Assembly: GCA_020348445.1 (NCBI GenBank)
Contig: CP070751.1
Location: 3,184,341-3,248,340 of the forward strand
Source of the DNA: Thermoplasmata archaeon
Lineage (GTDB): Archaea > Thermoplasmatota > Thermoplasmata > GCA-020350865
Length of the DNA: 64,000 nucleotides
Reading direction: 5' to 3'
Part shown: positions 1-10,472 of the stretch, piece after piece
How positions within the stretch are numbered: position 1 is the first letter of the stretch
Layout of the letters: every line of letters starts with the position of its first letter
The notes under the pieces: generated by a model
Told to the model about the DNA's origin: nothing
What the model saw: only the letters and a program-made list of their open reading frames with translations
The model's database searches: none
Program-made: the position numbers and the translations under genes

Positions 1-3000
1 ACACTTTGGATCCACCCTGCATTTGCTAATGGAGCAATATTTAAGACAGTTACATAGACTGTATAAGTTCCACTATCTCCATTGTCGTCTGTGACGGTCA
101 AGGTAACCCTGTATATTCCTCGGTATGAATAGGTATGGGTAACCAAAGCACCGGATGCAGTGCTGCCATCATCAAAGTTCCAATAATAGGATAAAAATGG
201 CATATCAGAAGGGGTATCGTAGCCATAACCCTCGAAGATAATCTGTTCATCCTCATTTACCATCTTATAAAAGTCTGCATCGGCTTTTGGTGCGGGATTA
301 ATTACATTCACAAGTAAGGTATCAGTTGTGTAAGAACCATCCACATCTGTCACAGTCAATGTAACAGTATAGATCCCCTCATCCGTATATGAATGGGTCG
401 TATATACTCCAGAGCCGAATGTACCGTCACCAAAATCCCAGGAAAATATCAAATCAGGTAGATCGGAGGGAGTGTCAGAGTAATCGGCTTTGAATAATAA
501 TATCTCATCCTCGTAGGCTGTCCTATCGGTTCCTACTTCGATTATTGGCGCGGTATTCTCTACTGTCACCAAAACGAAATCCAAATCGATTAGGCCCTCA
601 TTGTCAGTGACTTTAAGAATTATCGTGTAGGTTCCTGCGATGGAGTAACTATGGGATACGAAAACTCCAGTATCTGTAGTGCCGTCCATGAAATCCCACT
701 CATAAAAGAGCACGATCCCGTCTCTGTCTCTGGAATTTGATGCATCTATGTTTATTATATCATCCTCATTTACGATTTGATCTACTCCTGCATCAGCAAT
801 TGGAATCCAATCCTCGGCAAGCAAAGCATGAGAATAAGCTCTATCGTATTTATCAATGGCTTGGAGATATTGGCCATTTGCAGCAAATGCCTGGCCCTGG
901 TAGAATTTGTTCCAGGCTTGCTTGATATCATTTACCTCCATACCCACATGGGTTTCGGTCTCGATTATCAACATCTTTACTGCTTCTTCTATTGCCTCTG
1001 TCAGATCTATCACGATATCTGATGTCGGTGCTCCATAACTCCCTGCATCTTGCAAATGCGCAACAGCGCTTTTGACATTTACAAAGGAATCCTGAAGCAG
1101 TCCATCACCTGCTTTGTCCTGCGCTAACATCAGCTCATCCTTTGCCTGCTGCAGTTCAGCCAATGCCTCTTTAGAATAGGGACCTGTCAATAATGAGTCT
1201 ATATCGGAAACTGCCTGAAGAAGAGCGGCGTCGTATTCTCTTGGCACCCACTCGCCCTCTGCTCTTTCGGCCTCCGTATGGGCGTTCTTGTACTGCTCCA
1301 TGCCATTTTCGTAATCACCTGAAGCGATTCTACTTTGTGCATCTGCATATATCGCCCAAGCATCGATCACATGGATATTATCTGATTCTGCCTGTATCTC
1401 AGCGATGATTATCGTATTTTTTACCCTATCATTCACTGCAGAAAGTAGCAAATCAATGATATAATCAGTTGGAACCTCACTGCTCACCATCTCAAGATTA
1501 TGTATTCCCTCTTTCACATGCTCAAAGGATTTCACAAAGTCAAACTCTGGAGATTCTATTGTAGGGGCAAAGAACAGAGCCTCGCTTATCTCTTCGAGAG
1601 CCTTCAAAAGTGTAGCATCCGTTGGATTTCCACCAGAAGGATCTGAAATCAAACTCTCAACCTCAACCTGAGCCCACCGCAATCTGCTTTCGTAGGTCTC
1701 AAATACACTGACGGAATTGCTTATGGTCGCAGAAAGTGGTGCATTGCTGAGCTCTGAAGAATCGTGGCCGCAAATAACCAGCAACTCAAAGTCCAAGTCT
1801 ATGGAATCGTCCAATGGAAAATCGCTTGGAGGAGTAACACAAAGGAAAACACTACCTATACCTCCTGCTGGAACTGAAATACTTGATACCGGAAAGCTCA
1901 ACCAAGTAGGATCAATACTAGTGGTTAAAATAATATCATAACAGTCATCCAACGTTCCTGTATTTTTTATTGTTATAATATAAGTAGCAGTTTCACCAAC
2001 TAGAATATCGACTTGCTCGCTGATTTGTACCTCAAATGAATGCCTGTGAATAAATACCTGTATGTTTGTGGTATCGGCAGCACCGTCATCATCAGTTACA
2101 GTCAATGTTACTGTGTAAATTCCAGCATCCATATATGCATGACTCACAGTTGCACCAACAGCATTAACTCCATCACCGAAATTCCATGAAAAGCCCAGGA
2201 TTAGCTGGTCCGATGGGGTATCCACACCACTTCCTGAGAAATCTAATATGTCGTTCTCTAATATGGTGGGAAATGGTGGAATTATTATTATTGGATTCAC
2301 CTTTGGATTCACATTTTCTACTGTAACCGTAAGTGTGTCTTTGCCGAGTAGCAAATCATCATCCAAAACCTCAAGGGTGACTAGATAAATACCTGAATTT
2401 GGATAAATGTGGCTTGGATTCGGACCTGAACCTGTTGTGGAATCTCCAAAGTTCCAATTGAAACCCAAGGATTGAATATCAGAGGGAGTGTCGAAAGCTC
2501 TGCCTTCGAAGATTATCTCCTGATCCTCGTTTACAACCATATCTGCTCCTGCATATACCATAGGTTGACCATTGCTAACTATCACATTCATATTGTCCTG
2601 CCCAACAGCTCCATCGTCATCTGTAACTGTTAAAGTAACATCGAACATACCGTTATGTTGGTAAGTATGGGTAACAGATCTACTTGTTTTATATGTTCCA
2701 TCTCCTAAATCCCATTCATAGTTTATTGTCGGTAGATCAGATGGAGTGTCGGTAGCACTTCCACTAAGGAACACAAGCTCATCCTCGTAAACGGTTCTGT
2801 CAGTTCCTGCATAGGCGACAGGGGCAACGTTATTTACTGTTATTGTCATTGTGTCAGAATCACTCTCCCCATCATCATCAATTACGGTTATCTCTACAAT
2901 ATATACACCTGATTTCGTGTAAATATGGGAGGTTGTTTCCCCGCTTCCTGATGCACCATCCCCGAAATCCCAATGATAGCTTAATATTGGTTGATCAGAG

Positions 3001-4028
3001 GCTGTGTCTGTACCTAATCCAGTAAAGGTTACTGTATCATCCTCATTCACTATAAGGTCTGAGCCAGCATTTGCTATTGGAGGTACATTTTTTACTAGAA
3101 CAGTCAAGTCGTCCTCTCTTACAGAATTCTCATTATCTGTCACCATCAGCTTTACGAAGTACAATCCTGAGTGGGTATAAATATGGGTTGGATTTATACC
3201 ATTTCCGATGCCACCATCACCAAAATCCCAATCATAGGTTAACCAGGGATGATCAAGAGGTGTATCCCAGGTTCCACTTCCATCAAAAGTTACAGGGCTA
3301 TCTTCATCTGTTATAATATCTGCCCCTGCATCTGATATCGGTGGATCGTTGTGCACAACCACCTGTATAGAATCTGAGGATTTTGAGCCGCTGTTATCAG
3401 TCACTATGAGAATCACATGTCTTATGCCTTCCTGATCATAAGAGTGGATGGGGGATAATCCCTGCCCTATTGTTCCGTCCGCAAAGATCCATTCGTATTT
3501 TTCTATATAACCGTAATTAGGGCCTTCGGGACTACCGGGATCATAGGAATTGGAAGCGTCGAACTGTATATCTTCATTCACATCCACAATAACTTCCTCG
3601 GTTACGACACTTACACCATCCAGAATAATACCAGCAATTGCTACTGGGGGTATGTTGACACGGACAGATATGTTATCATAACCATATGTCCCTTCATTAT
3701 CTTTAACTCTTAGTTGGACTTTGTATATGCCACTTGATGAATAAACATGACTTATGATCATGCCATATCCTTGTTTACCATCTCCAAAGAGCCACTTGTA
3801 TTCAACGATACTCCCACCATCAGGGTCGTTCGAGCCTCCACCATCGAAAATTACTTCCTTAAATACATCTACTTGTTTGTCGCCACCAGCGTCTGCATCT
3901 GGGCTTATATTTCCTGCTGACATTTCTTTTAACTGCAAATCAACATTTGCAGGTAATATCAGCATTGCAACAACAATTAACGTTCCTACTGCCTGGCCTA
4001 ATCTCTTACTATTTATTGATAGTTCCAT
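1..4028 (-). CDS. Giant secreted PKD-repeat surface protein, partial (runs off the window start); paralog of 55323-61559
   Basis: Not in the ORF track. Manual translation from ATG at 4028 (SD AGGAGG just upstream) gives MELSINSKRLGQAVGTLIVVAMLILPA (signal-like), 7 PKD repeats (W.FGDG, H.Y...G.Y.V.L.V.D), an Ig-like domain, a helical region (TYESRLRWAQVEVESL...) and more PKD repeats. Open to position 1. Confidence 0.9.
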   Translation of the reverse strand, partial: MELSINSKRLGQAVGTLIVVAMLILPANVDLQLKEMSAGNISPDADAGGDKQVDVFKEVIFDGGGSNDPDGGSIVEYKWLFGDGKQGYGMIISHVYSSSGIYKVQLRVKDNEGTYGYDNISVRVNIPPVAIAGIILDGVSVVTEEVIVDVNEDIQFDASNSYDPGSPEGPNYGYIEKYEWIFADGTIGQGLSPIHSYDQEGIRHVILIVTDNSGSKSSDSIQVVVHNDPPISDAGADIITDEDSPVTFDGSGTWDTPLDHPWLTYDWDFGDGGIGNGINPTHIYTHSGLYFVKLMVTDNENSVREDDLTVLVKNVPPIANAGSDLIVNEDDTVTFTGLGTDTASDQPILSYHWDFGDGASGSGETTSHIYTKSGVYIVEITVIDDDGESDSDTMTITVNNVAPVAYAGTDRTVYEDELVFLSGSATDTPSDLPTINYEWDLGDGTYKTSRSVTHTYQHNGMFDVTLTVTDDDGAVGQDNMNVIVSNGQPMVYAGADMVVNEDQEIIFEGRAFDTPSDIQSLGFNWNFGDSTTGSGPNPSHIYPNSGIYLVTLEVLDDDLLLGKDTLTVTVENVNPKVNPIIIIPPFPTILENDILDFSGSGVDTPSDQLILGFSWNFGDGVNAVGATVSHAYMDAGIYTVTLTVTDDDGAADTTNIQVFIHRHSFEVQISEQVDILVGETATYIITIKNTGTLDDCYDIILTTSIDPTWLSFPVSSISVPAGGIGSVFLCVTPPSDFPLDDSIDLDFELLVICGHDSSELSNAPLSATISNSVSVFETYESRLRWAQVEVESLISDPSGGNPTDATLLKALEEISEALFFAPTIESPEFDFVKSFEHVKEGIHNLEMVSSEVPTDYIIDLLLSAVNDRVKNTIIIAEIQAESDNIHVIDAWAIYADAQSRIASGDYENGMEQYKNAHTEAERAEGEWVPREYDAALLQAVSDIDSLLTGPYSKEALAELQQAKDELMLAQDKAGDGLLQDSFVNVKSAVAHLQDAGSYGAPTSDIVIDLTEAIEEAVKMLIIETETHVGMEVNDIKQAWNKFYQGQAFAANGQYLQAIDKYDRAYSHALLAEDWIPIADAGVDQIVNEDDIINIDASNSRDRDGIVLFYEWDFMDGTTDTGVFVSHSYSIAGTYTIILKVTDNEGLIDLDFVLVTVENTAPIIEVGTDRTAYEDEILLFKADYSDTPSDLPDLIFSWDFGDGTFGSGVYTTHSYTDEGIYTVTLTVTDVDGSYTTDTLLVNVINPAPKADADFYKMVNEDEQIIFEGYGYDTPSDMPFLSYYWNFDDGSTASGALVTHTYSYRGIYRVTLTVTDDNGDSGTYTVYVTVLNIAPLANAGWIQS

Positions 4029-4579
4029 ATTTTAACCTCCTTTACTTCGCTAAAAAAGTCTTTAAGAATTCTTTCGCAGCCTATGTTCACTCTTTTATTG
4101 TTCATTATACCTCCCCCCTTATATTCTGGCCCAATGGCTAGGTAGATAATCTTATTCAATAAATCTGTGCTTCATTACCTTCCCAGCGGTCATTTCACAT
4201 CGCGAATTGAGAGTTAGTTTATGTTTCATGGTATTTTTACTTTATTATAAAAGACGATATAAATAAAGATTGGTACATTTTTTTGCGTTTTTCATCTGTT
4301 GGAAACCTCAGAGAATCTTCTGGTTTAGCATTAAAAACCTCAAATTCGTTGATTTGAAAAATCTGCTAGACACACCATTTAAACTGAGCCTTCCAATAAA
4401 CATATTGCAGGCATCATATACATCTTTAAAACATTATTTTTGAAGGCCATCTCATGGTTGAATCTATAATATTCAACCATAGGGGTATAAATATAACAAA
4501 ATACATACCCCCTTTAAGGTAAGGCTTATCTATTGATATAACAACTACTGTTGAATCATAAAATGGAGAGTGTGATTGC

Positions 4580-4843
4580 GTGAAGATGGACGAGAAGGTT
4601 CTGCCGATAATACATATGCTTTACGATAGATACAATAGGTACCATAATGTAATTGTGACGAACGAGCGTATAAGAAAGGTCATGGGGACCACAAGAAAGG
4701 GCAGGGCAAATAAAAAGGTCTTGGAATATCTTTATAAGCTCGAGATTTTAGAACCGTATTACGATAACGAACCCATAGATACCACAAAGGTCTGGAAGGT
4801 TAACATTGAAAAGGTCGAAGGTTATCTTGAAAGTGCGGGTTAG
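4580..4843 (+). CDS. Small basic hypothetical protein, possibly winged-helix
   Basis: 87 aa ORF with GGAG upstream; helix-turn-helix/wing-like spacing only, no family recognised. Confidence 0.5.
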   Translation: MKMDEKVLPIIHMLYDRYNRYHNVIVTNERIRKVMGTTRKGRANKKVLEYLYKLEILEPYYDNEPIDTTKVWKVNIEKVEGYLESAG

Positions 4844-4948
4844 AGTCTCGTATTTGTTTTTTTCTTAAATGAAGTTCGCATGCCGTAATTGGGCCTAATG
4901 AAGAATGGACAGCGAAGGCTACCTGAGGCCCTCATATTGGTGAGAGTC

Positions 4949-5485
4949 ATGTCAGAAAAAGGACTGAAGCATGGTTTGGTGCAGGTGTACACGGGAGATG
5001 GCAAGGGAAAGACCACAGCAGCACTTGGTTTGGCTTTGAGAGCTTGCGGCCACGGACTCTCGGTCTTTATGATACAATTTATGAAAGGAGATATAGAATA
5101 TGGTGAGTTAAGAGCCGCACAATGGATTCCGAATCTCACCATAGTACAATATGGAAGGCCAAATTTTGTGGATAAGAAGAAACCGAAAGAGGAGGATATT
5201 CAATTTGCCCGGGAAGCTCTTGCACATGCAAAGGATGTCGTCCAAAAGGGTGAACATGACATCGTGATCTTGGACGAATTGAATGTGGCTATTGATTACA
5301 AATTGGTTGATATTGAGGTAGTATTGACACTAATAGACAACAAACCCGCGAACGTGGAGATCGTCATCACGGGCCGTAATGCCCATGAAAAAATCCTCAA
5401 GAAGGCGGATTTGATAACCAGTATGGAGAATGTGAAGCATCCATTTGAAAAGGGTACAATAGCAAGAAAGGGTATCGAGCATTGA
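4949..5485 (+). CDS. cobO: Cob(I)alamin adenosyltransferase (CobO/BtuR)
   Basis: GLVQVYTGDGKGKTTAALG, QFMKG, ILDE, ITGR, HPFEKG motifs; start moved to ATG 4949 behind a GGTGA SD. Confidence 0.95.
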   Translation: MSEKGLKHGLVQVYTGDGKGKTTAALGLALRACGHGLSVFMIQFMKGDIEYGELRAAQWIPNLTIVQYGRPNFVDKKKPKEEDIQFAREALAHAKDVVQKGEHDIVILDELNVAIDYKLVDIEVVLTLIDNKPANVEIVITGRNAHEKILKKADLITSMENVKHPFEKGTIARKGIEH

Positions 5486-5509
5486 TGTTCTATCCTTGAA
5501 GGTGAAAAT

Positions 5510-6235
5510 GTGGCTGATAAAAGTATAGCCAAGGCCTTTCGCCGGAAAATAGGACCCTATGAGGGTATTTTGACAAAAACCGATTTGAAAGTTGGAGAAT
5601 CATCCCTTTTAATGAATCCATCCAGGGCGAGAATATTCGAATTAATATGTAACTTTCCCGGAAGCCACCTTCGTGCGATTTCCAGAAAAACGGGATACTC
5701 TGTTCAAAACGTGAGATGGCACTTGAGAAAAATGAGGGACGCTGATTTGATCTCAGAGAGCTCGCTTGGTAGAAAAAAAATCTACACTCCTCTGAGAAAT
5801 ATAATAGATTCAGAGGAGTGCAGGATTCTTGCTTTACTGAATAGAGATGATACGAGACGAGTTTATCTTGCTATCGAAGCGCAGCCGAAGAAGACTCAAA
5901 GGGAATTGTGTGATATCTTAAACACCTATCAACAAATGCTCTCGTTGATACTCCTTTCGCTTGAAGATTCAGACCTTGTAACCGTCGAGAGAATTGATAA
6001 AAAGAAGGTTTATTCCGTCACCGATAAAATCGAGAGGCTTAAAGAGGCTTTTTACGAAAAAAGCGATTTCTATCAAAAGGCGTTGATTTCAGCCCTCGAG
6101 GCTGACAGCCTCAATCCTAGAATCGAAAAAACCGATGCTGATACCCTTTCGATAAGGCTAGAAATCGGAGGAGGAGAGGCATCCATTTTAAAAATAAATA
6201 GGAATCCTTTTACGACGATTCTTAAAATTAAGTGA
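5510..6235 (+). CDS. Tandem winged-helix (ArsR/MarR-like) transcriptional regulator
   Basis: Two wHTH units (PGSHLRAISRKTG..VRWHLRKM; PKKTQRELCDIL). Confidence 0.75.
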   Translation: MADKSIAKAFRRKIGPYEGILTKTDLKVGESSLLMNPSRARIFELICNFPGSHLRAISRKTGYSVQNVRWHLRKMRDADLISESSLGRKKIYTPLRNIIDSEECRILALLNRDDTRRVYLAIEAQPKKTQRELCDILNTYQQMLSLILLSLEDSDLVTVERIDKKKVYSVTDKIERLKEAFYEKSDFYQKALISALEADSLNPRIEKTDADTLSIRLEIGGGEASILKINRNPFTTILKIK

Positions 6236-6238
6236 TGA

Positions 6239-6784
6239 CTACACCATTATAGCATGCCTTCCCCGCATGCTTTCCTCGGTCTCGCCCAGCTTTGCCATGA
6301 GCACTGATATCACCCCATCCAAGAATATCATGGACGCGTCCTCAAATAGCGTTCCTAATGGAGCGAGGCCTGTTTCTCTTGTCTCATCATCAATTGGAAT
6401 GCAAACAACGATATTTGCGCAATGGGCCAATTTAGATTTATTATTTGAGGTCACCACAACCACCTTTGCCCCCACTCTTCTCACTATATTTCCAGTTTGA
6501 ATGGCCGACATTGTTTCTCCAGTGTTGGAGATTATTACAGCAGCATCTTCTGCCTCCACTATGGGCGTGATGGTCTCGCCTATGAAATAGGCTTTTAATC
6601 CAAGCTGCACCAATCGCATAGCAAAACCCTTCCCAACATGACCAGATCGTCCTACACCATAGACAAAGACCTTCTTAGCTTTCAAAATATAATCGATAAC
6701 CTCATCGATCTGAGCAGAATCATTGTTTGATAAAACTTCCTGTAAAGTGTTTGTTATATACTTAACAGACTGGGTAAAGCTCAT
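6239..6784 (-). CDS. phi: 6-phospho-3-hexuloisomerase (SIS domain)
   Basis: VYGVGRSG, FAMRL, ISNTGET, APLGTLFED motifs. Confidence 0.85.
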   Translation of the reverse strand: MSFTQSVKYITNTLQEVLSNNDSAQIDEVIDYILKAKKVFVYGVGRSGHVGKGFAMRLVQLGLKAYFIGETITPIVEAEDAAVIISNTGETMSAIQTGNIVRRVGAKVVVVTSNNKSKLAHCANIVVCIPIDDETRETGLAPLGTLFEDASMIFLDGVISVLMAKLGETEESMRGRHAIMV

Positions 6785-7980
6785 TTCTTCTTTCCTCCTT
6801 TTCCTCCTTTCCCCGCTTTTTTCTTTTTAGCTACTTTGGCTCCCTTTTTCTTTTTGCTACTTTTGGCTCCTTTTGTCTTTTTGGCGCCCTTTGCGCGTTT
6901 TACCCCTTTTGTCTCTTTGGCCTTTTTAACCACCTTGGCTTTTTTGCTCTCCTTCTTTGCTGCAGCTCTCATGGCCTTTGCCTCCCGCCTCGTCAGCACC
7001 CGCTCCAATATGACCTTCATATACATGGCGTCATGCTCTAGAAGAGGAGAACCGGAAATTATCGTTATGTTGATGTTATTATCGAGGATACACTCTGCCA
7101 AGGGCTCGAATTTTAAATCGCCCTTTTTAATTGGTGTGTATCTATTTTCGTTTCCATTTTCGTATTCCACACCAGAGAAATGCGAGTACAGGTTGTCTTT
7201 TGTTGCCTTAAGTGCATTATCGAAGATCTCCTGGAAATCTTCCCGCTTTTTAAGGCTGCCATTTCCTCTGGCATGAATGTGTGCAAAATTTAAAACCGGT
7301 ATTACACCAGAAACCCTCTTGCATACGACTAAAACCTCGTCCAAATCACCGAATACTTCCTGTTTTCCGCTTGTTTCAATGCCTATCTGCGATATGAAAT
7401 CCCGTTTTTTATACCAATCTCGGAGTTCTCGTACATTGTTGATCAATCTTTCGGATGCCTTCTTTTTAGTGTACCTTCCATACAATCCCAGGTGTGTTAC
7501 AATAACTTTAGCGCCGATTTCATTTCCAAGTATCCCGCACCATTTGATACTGTCCTTGCTCTTTTCTGTAATATCTCCTCCACCTATTAAATCCATATAG
7601 TATGGAGTATGAATCGAAAAGAAGATATCAAGCTCCTTCGATATATCTTTTAGCTCCGCCAATTCGCTGTAGTCTTTGACGATTCCTGACGCCAAGGAAC
7701 AGCGGACATCACCTGGCTTGAATTTTACGTCCGGATTTATTATCTTTTCCCTGTTCTTTTTGCTGGGATGTTTCCTGAAAACTTCCACGACCAGTTCGCC
7801 CTCAATATCCCTGGGTGTAAGTCCAACCTCTTCTTCTGAAACATAGCGCTCAACCAGGTTCACCCTGACGAATTGAACTTCTATTGCTGTAAGGCCAAGG
7901 GTGTGCACATCCTCCAAACCGTCCCTGAGTGTCCTCCCCTTGCACGAAAGCGGTATCCCCCCAGGCCCAAAACGTATCAT
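6781..7980 (-). CDS. Endonuclease IV/AP-endonuclease-2 TIM-barrel protein with degenerate metal site and Lys-rich tail
   Basis: IRFGPGGIP, SIHTPYY, THLG, ETSGK..FG, FAHIHAR motifs; C-terminal ~60 aa K/A/G-rich. Confidence 0.8.
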   Translation of the reverse strand: MIRFGPGGIPLSCKGRTLRDGLEDVHTLGLTAIEVQFVRVNLVERYVSEEEVGLTPRDIEGELVVEVFRKHPSKKNREKIINPDVKFKPGDVRCSLASGIVKDYSELAELKDISKELDIFFSIHTPYYMDLIGGGDITEKSKDSIKWCGILGNEIGAKVIVTHLGLYGRYTKKKASERLINNVRELRDWYKKRDFISQIGIETSGKQEVFGDLDEVLVVCKRVSGVIPVLNFAHIHARGNGSLKKREDFQEIFDNALKATKDNLYSHFSGVEYENGNENRYTPIKKGDLKFEPLAECILDNNINITIISGSPLLEHDAMYMKVILERVLTRREAKAMRAAAKKESKKAKVVKKAKETKGVKRAKGAKKTKGAKSSKKKKGAKVAKKKKAGKGGKGGKKK

Positions 7981-8428
7981 GTTTTCACCCAATACCTGCT
8001 TACCCTTTGAAACGGTAGGTATGTAAGGTATATTATATAAGGGTTTTCAAGTCCTATATAAATGTTCCGAATACCCCATCTCAAAGGACTTATTCATATT
8101 TTAGTACTATAACGTCCATTTACCACGCTGTTTCATAGATTCGGGCGTAAACTCGCATATTCCTTGCTTTATATAACTCCATAATCTAACAACCTCAAGA
8201 AAAGAGAGGATTGGGAGATGGTAGAAAGAGCGAGACTCTAGGAGGTACCACAGGGTAAGAGAACAAAAACCCCAATGGTAAGAGATATGCTCATGATTCT
8301 CCCAAATCCTTCCAAACCCCCATAAACCTATAACTATTTAAAGTTTTTTTTTATAATGGTAGATTCATGGAAAATTATTAACAAAATCGTATTTTCACTT
8401 TCAAATAAAATAGATTAAAAATGTCATT

Positions 8429-9106
8429 CTAAGCATGTTTAATTTTACTTTGGGGTAGTACCTTATTTTCTACCTCATTATCCTCCCTATCCCACATCTC
8501 TTCAAAGAATTCGTACTCAAAGTGACATTCTTCCCCATCACGATATTCATCCCACTCGTCGTGAATTACATGTAAAGTTATTATAACCTCGTCGCCCATG
8601 TCAAACTCATCCGTTAAATCACCTTCAAAATAAAAATCCGGGCCATCGCCCAATTCGATAAAAGTTTCATCATCAGAGTTGTCATAATCCATTTCAGTTA
8701 TCGTATCCTTGAGATTCATCGTATCCCCTGGATTTAAGGATTTAAATTGGAAGGAATAATACCGATCATATCCTTGATAATCGTATTCTTCGTCAATTTC
8801 AATATCTCCCTGTAATTCGTCAACTGACATCGTGATACTCTTGCCTCCTCCACCCCCTCCGCCTCCGCCTCCCATTAAAAACACCAGCACCAAAGCCACG
8901 ATAATTACTGCCACAACAGCGATACTTACCAATAAAATGGGTACACTTGATGATGGTTCTGAGGGATAATATTGAGGCTGGGGGGGATATTGTTGAGAGT
9001 ATTGTTGATCATATAGAGGCTGTTCTAATGGTACTGGTACCCCGCAATTCGGGCAAAATCCCAATCCTTGGGCAACCTGGATTCCACAGTTTTGACAGTA
9101 GGGCAT
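8429..9106 (-). CDS. Zinc-ribbon membrane protein with acidic extracellular domain
   Basis: CQNC..CPNC, P/Q/Y-rich linker, one TM helix, poly-Gly linker, acidic beta-rich domain. Confidence 0.8.
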   Translation of the reverse strand: MPYCQNCGIQVAQGLGFCPNCGVPVPLEQPLYDQQYSQQYPPQPQYYPSEPSSSVPILLVSIAVVAVIIVALVLVFLMGGGGGGGGGGKSITMSVDELQGDIEIDEEYDYQGYDRYYSFQFKSLNPGDTMNLKDTITEMDYDNSDDETFIELGDGPDFYFEGDLTDEFDMGDEVIITLHVIHDEWDEYRDGEECHFEYEFFEEMWDREDNEVENKVLPQSKIKHA

Positions 9107-9269
9107 CTCCTTACCTCGTTTTTTCCTATTACTTTCTAGCCATATATAGTTTTGCAGGGGTTAAAGAATCTCGAGAAGCTAGGTGATCAAGATTCAATAT
9201 AAAACCGAAAATAAATGGAATTTATTATGATGCGCCTCTACATTGTATGGCGAACACGAACCTGCATTT

Positions 9270-10472
9270 CTATTTTATCAACACATCCTCCATTTCTGTG
9301 ATCTTCTCTGGCCTTCCCTTCTTACTTGCCCAGGTATTCTCCACGCCCACAGCACCCACTTTAGGAAATAGGAACTTAGGCTCGATGGCCACGGTCATAT
9401 TCTCCTCTAATGTAAAATCAAATCCTTCGGCGATCACCGGCAATTCATCCAGCTCAAGGCCCACGCCATGCCCCAGGAACCTGACCTTGGAATTGCCAAA
9501 TCCCATGAAATAATCCCCAAATCCGGCATCCGAGGCCATTTTTTGCGCCATATCGTATATTTCCCTAAGATTCACATTAGATTTGAACTCCTGAATTACT
9601 GCTTCTTGGATTTGTAGGCTCAAATCCAAGGCTTTAAGAAGTTTTTGGTCCAATTCCCCAATATAAAAGGTACGGGTGCAGTCAACAACATATCCGTTGT
9701 ACGCACTAACCATATCGATAATAATGGGCTCTTTCTTTTTTATCTTCTTTGGTGATGCGCCGCGGGGTGCAGCGGGGCACGGGCCCATCCCACCCAAAGG
9801 TGCATCCATATAGTTGGAGATCGCTCCGCTTTCTCCAGATAGAATAAGACCATAGAAGCATTCCTGGTTCCATTTCCTCATTCTTATTATTCCCTGATGG
9901 CCTTTCTTACGCAGTATGATCTCGGTTTCAGCTGCAAGCTCGATTTCTGATTTGCCTTCTGCAAGTAAATTCGGGACCTCCTCCATAGCACCTTTGAGAA
10001 TCTTCCCAGCTTTTTTCATGGTCTTGATCTCGTATTCGGACTTCACCATTCTGATCTTCCTTATTGATTTGGATGCATCTATGATTTCGGTGCCAGAAAA
10101 AGTACCCTCGAGCTTCCTGAATATGGCCACTGGCATCACATCCAGTTCAAGGCCAATTTTAGAAAGGCTAGTAAATCCATGCTCCTTAATTATCCCTGGT
10201 ATCTGGCTATAACTTTTAAAAGGAACAATATTATCCAATTCAGATTCTTCCTGCGCTCTTTCCAGGCTCTTTCTTACCATAAAAATTGGCGTTCCATCCA
10301 CTGGGATAAAAATAACACCGTTTTGCACAGTGCCTGAGAAATAGAACTTGTCAGCCTGCTGGAGGATCATAACCCCGTCTATATTCTCAGATGTCATCTC
10401 ATTTTGTAGTCGGGATACCCTTTTTACGATCTCCTCTTTTGGAGTCTTTGGGTGGGAAATAATATTATTCAT
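9270..10472 (-). CDS. Xaa-Pro aminopeptidase (M24B)
   Basis: Creatinase-like N-domain; D...D, GHGVGLELDE, EP, GVEN metal ligands. Confidence 0.92.
   Translation of the reverse strand: MNNIISHPKTPKEEIVKRVSRLQNEMTSENIDGVMILQQADKFYFSGTVQNGVIFIPVDGTPIFMVRKSLERAQEESELDNIVPFKSYSQIPGIIKEHGFTSLSKIGLELDVMPVAIFRKLEGTFSGTEIIDASKSIRKIRMVKSEYEIKTMKKAGKILKGAMEEVPNLLAEGKSEIELAAETEIILRKKGHQGIIRMRKWNQECFYGLILSGESGAISNYMDAPLGGMGPCPAAPRGASPKKIKKKEPIIIDMVSAYNGYVVDCTRTFYIGELDQKLLKALDLSLQIQEAVIQEFKSNVNLREIYDMAQKMASDAGFGDYFMGFGNSKVRFLGHGVGLELDELPVIAEGFDFTLEENMTVAIEPKFLFPKVGAVGVENTWASKKGRPEKITEMEDVLIK

Noticed and set aside
737-925. Short ORF resembling the one at 58165-58449
   Set aside because: Both are antisense shadows of the conserved region in the two PKD paralogs, not a separate gene family
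8100-8330. Small minus-strand ORFs in the intergenic gap
   Set aside because: No clear SD or recognisable composition
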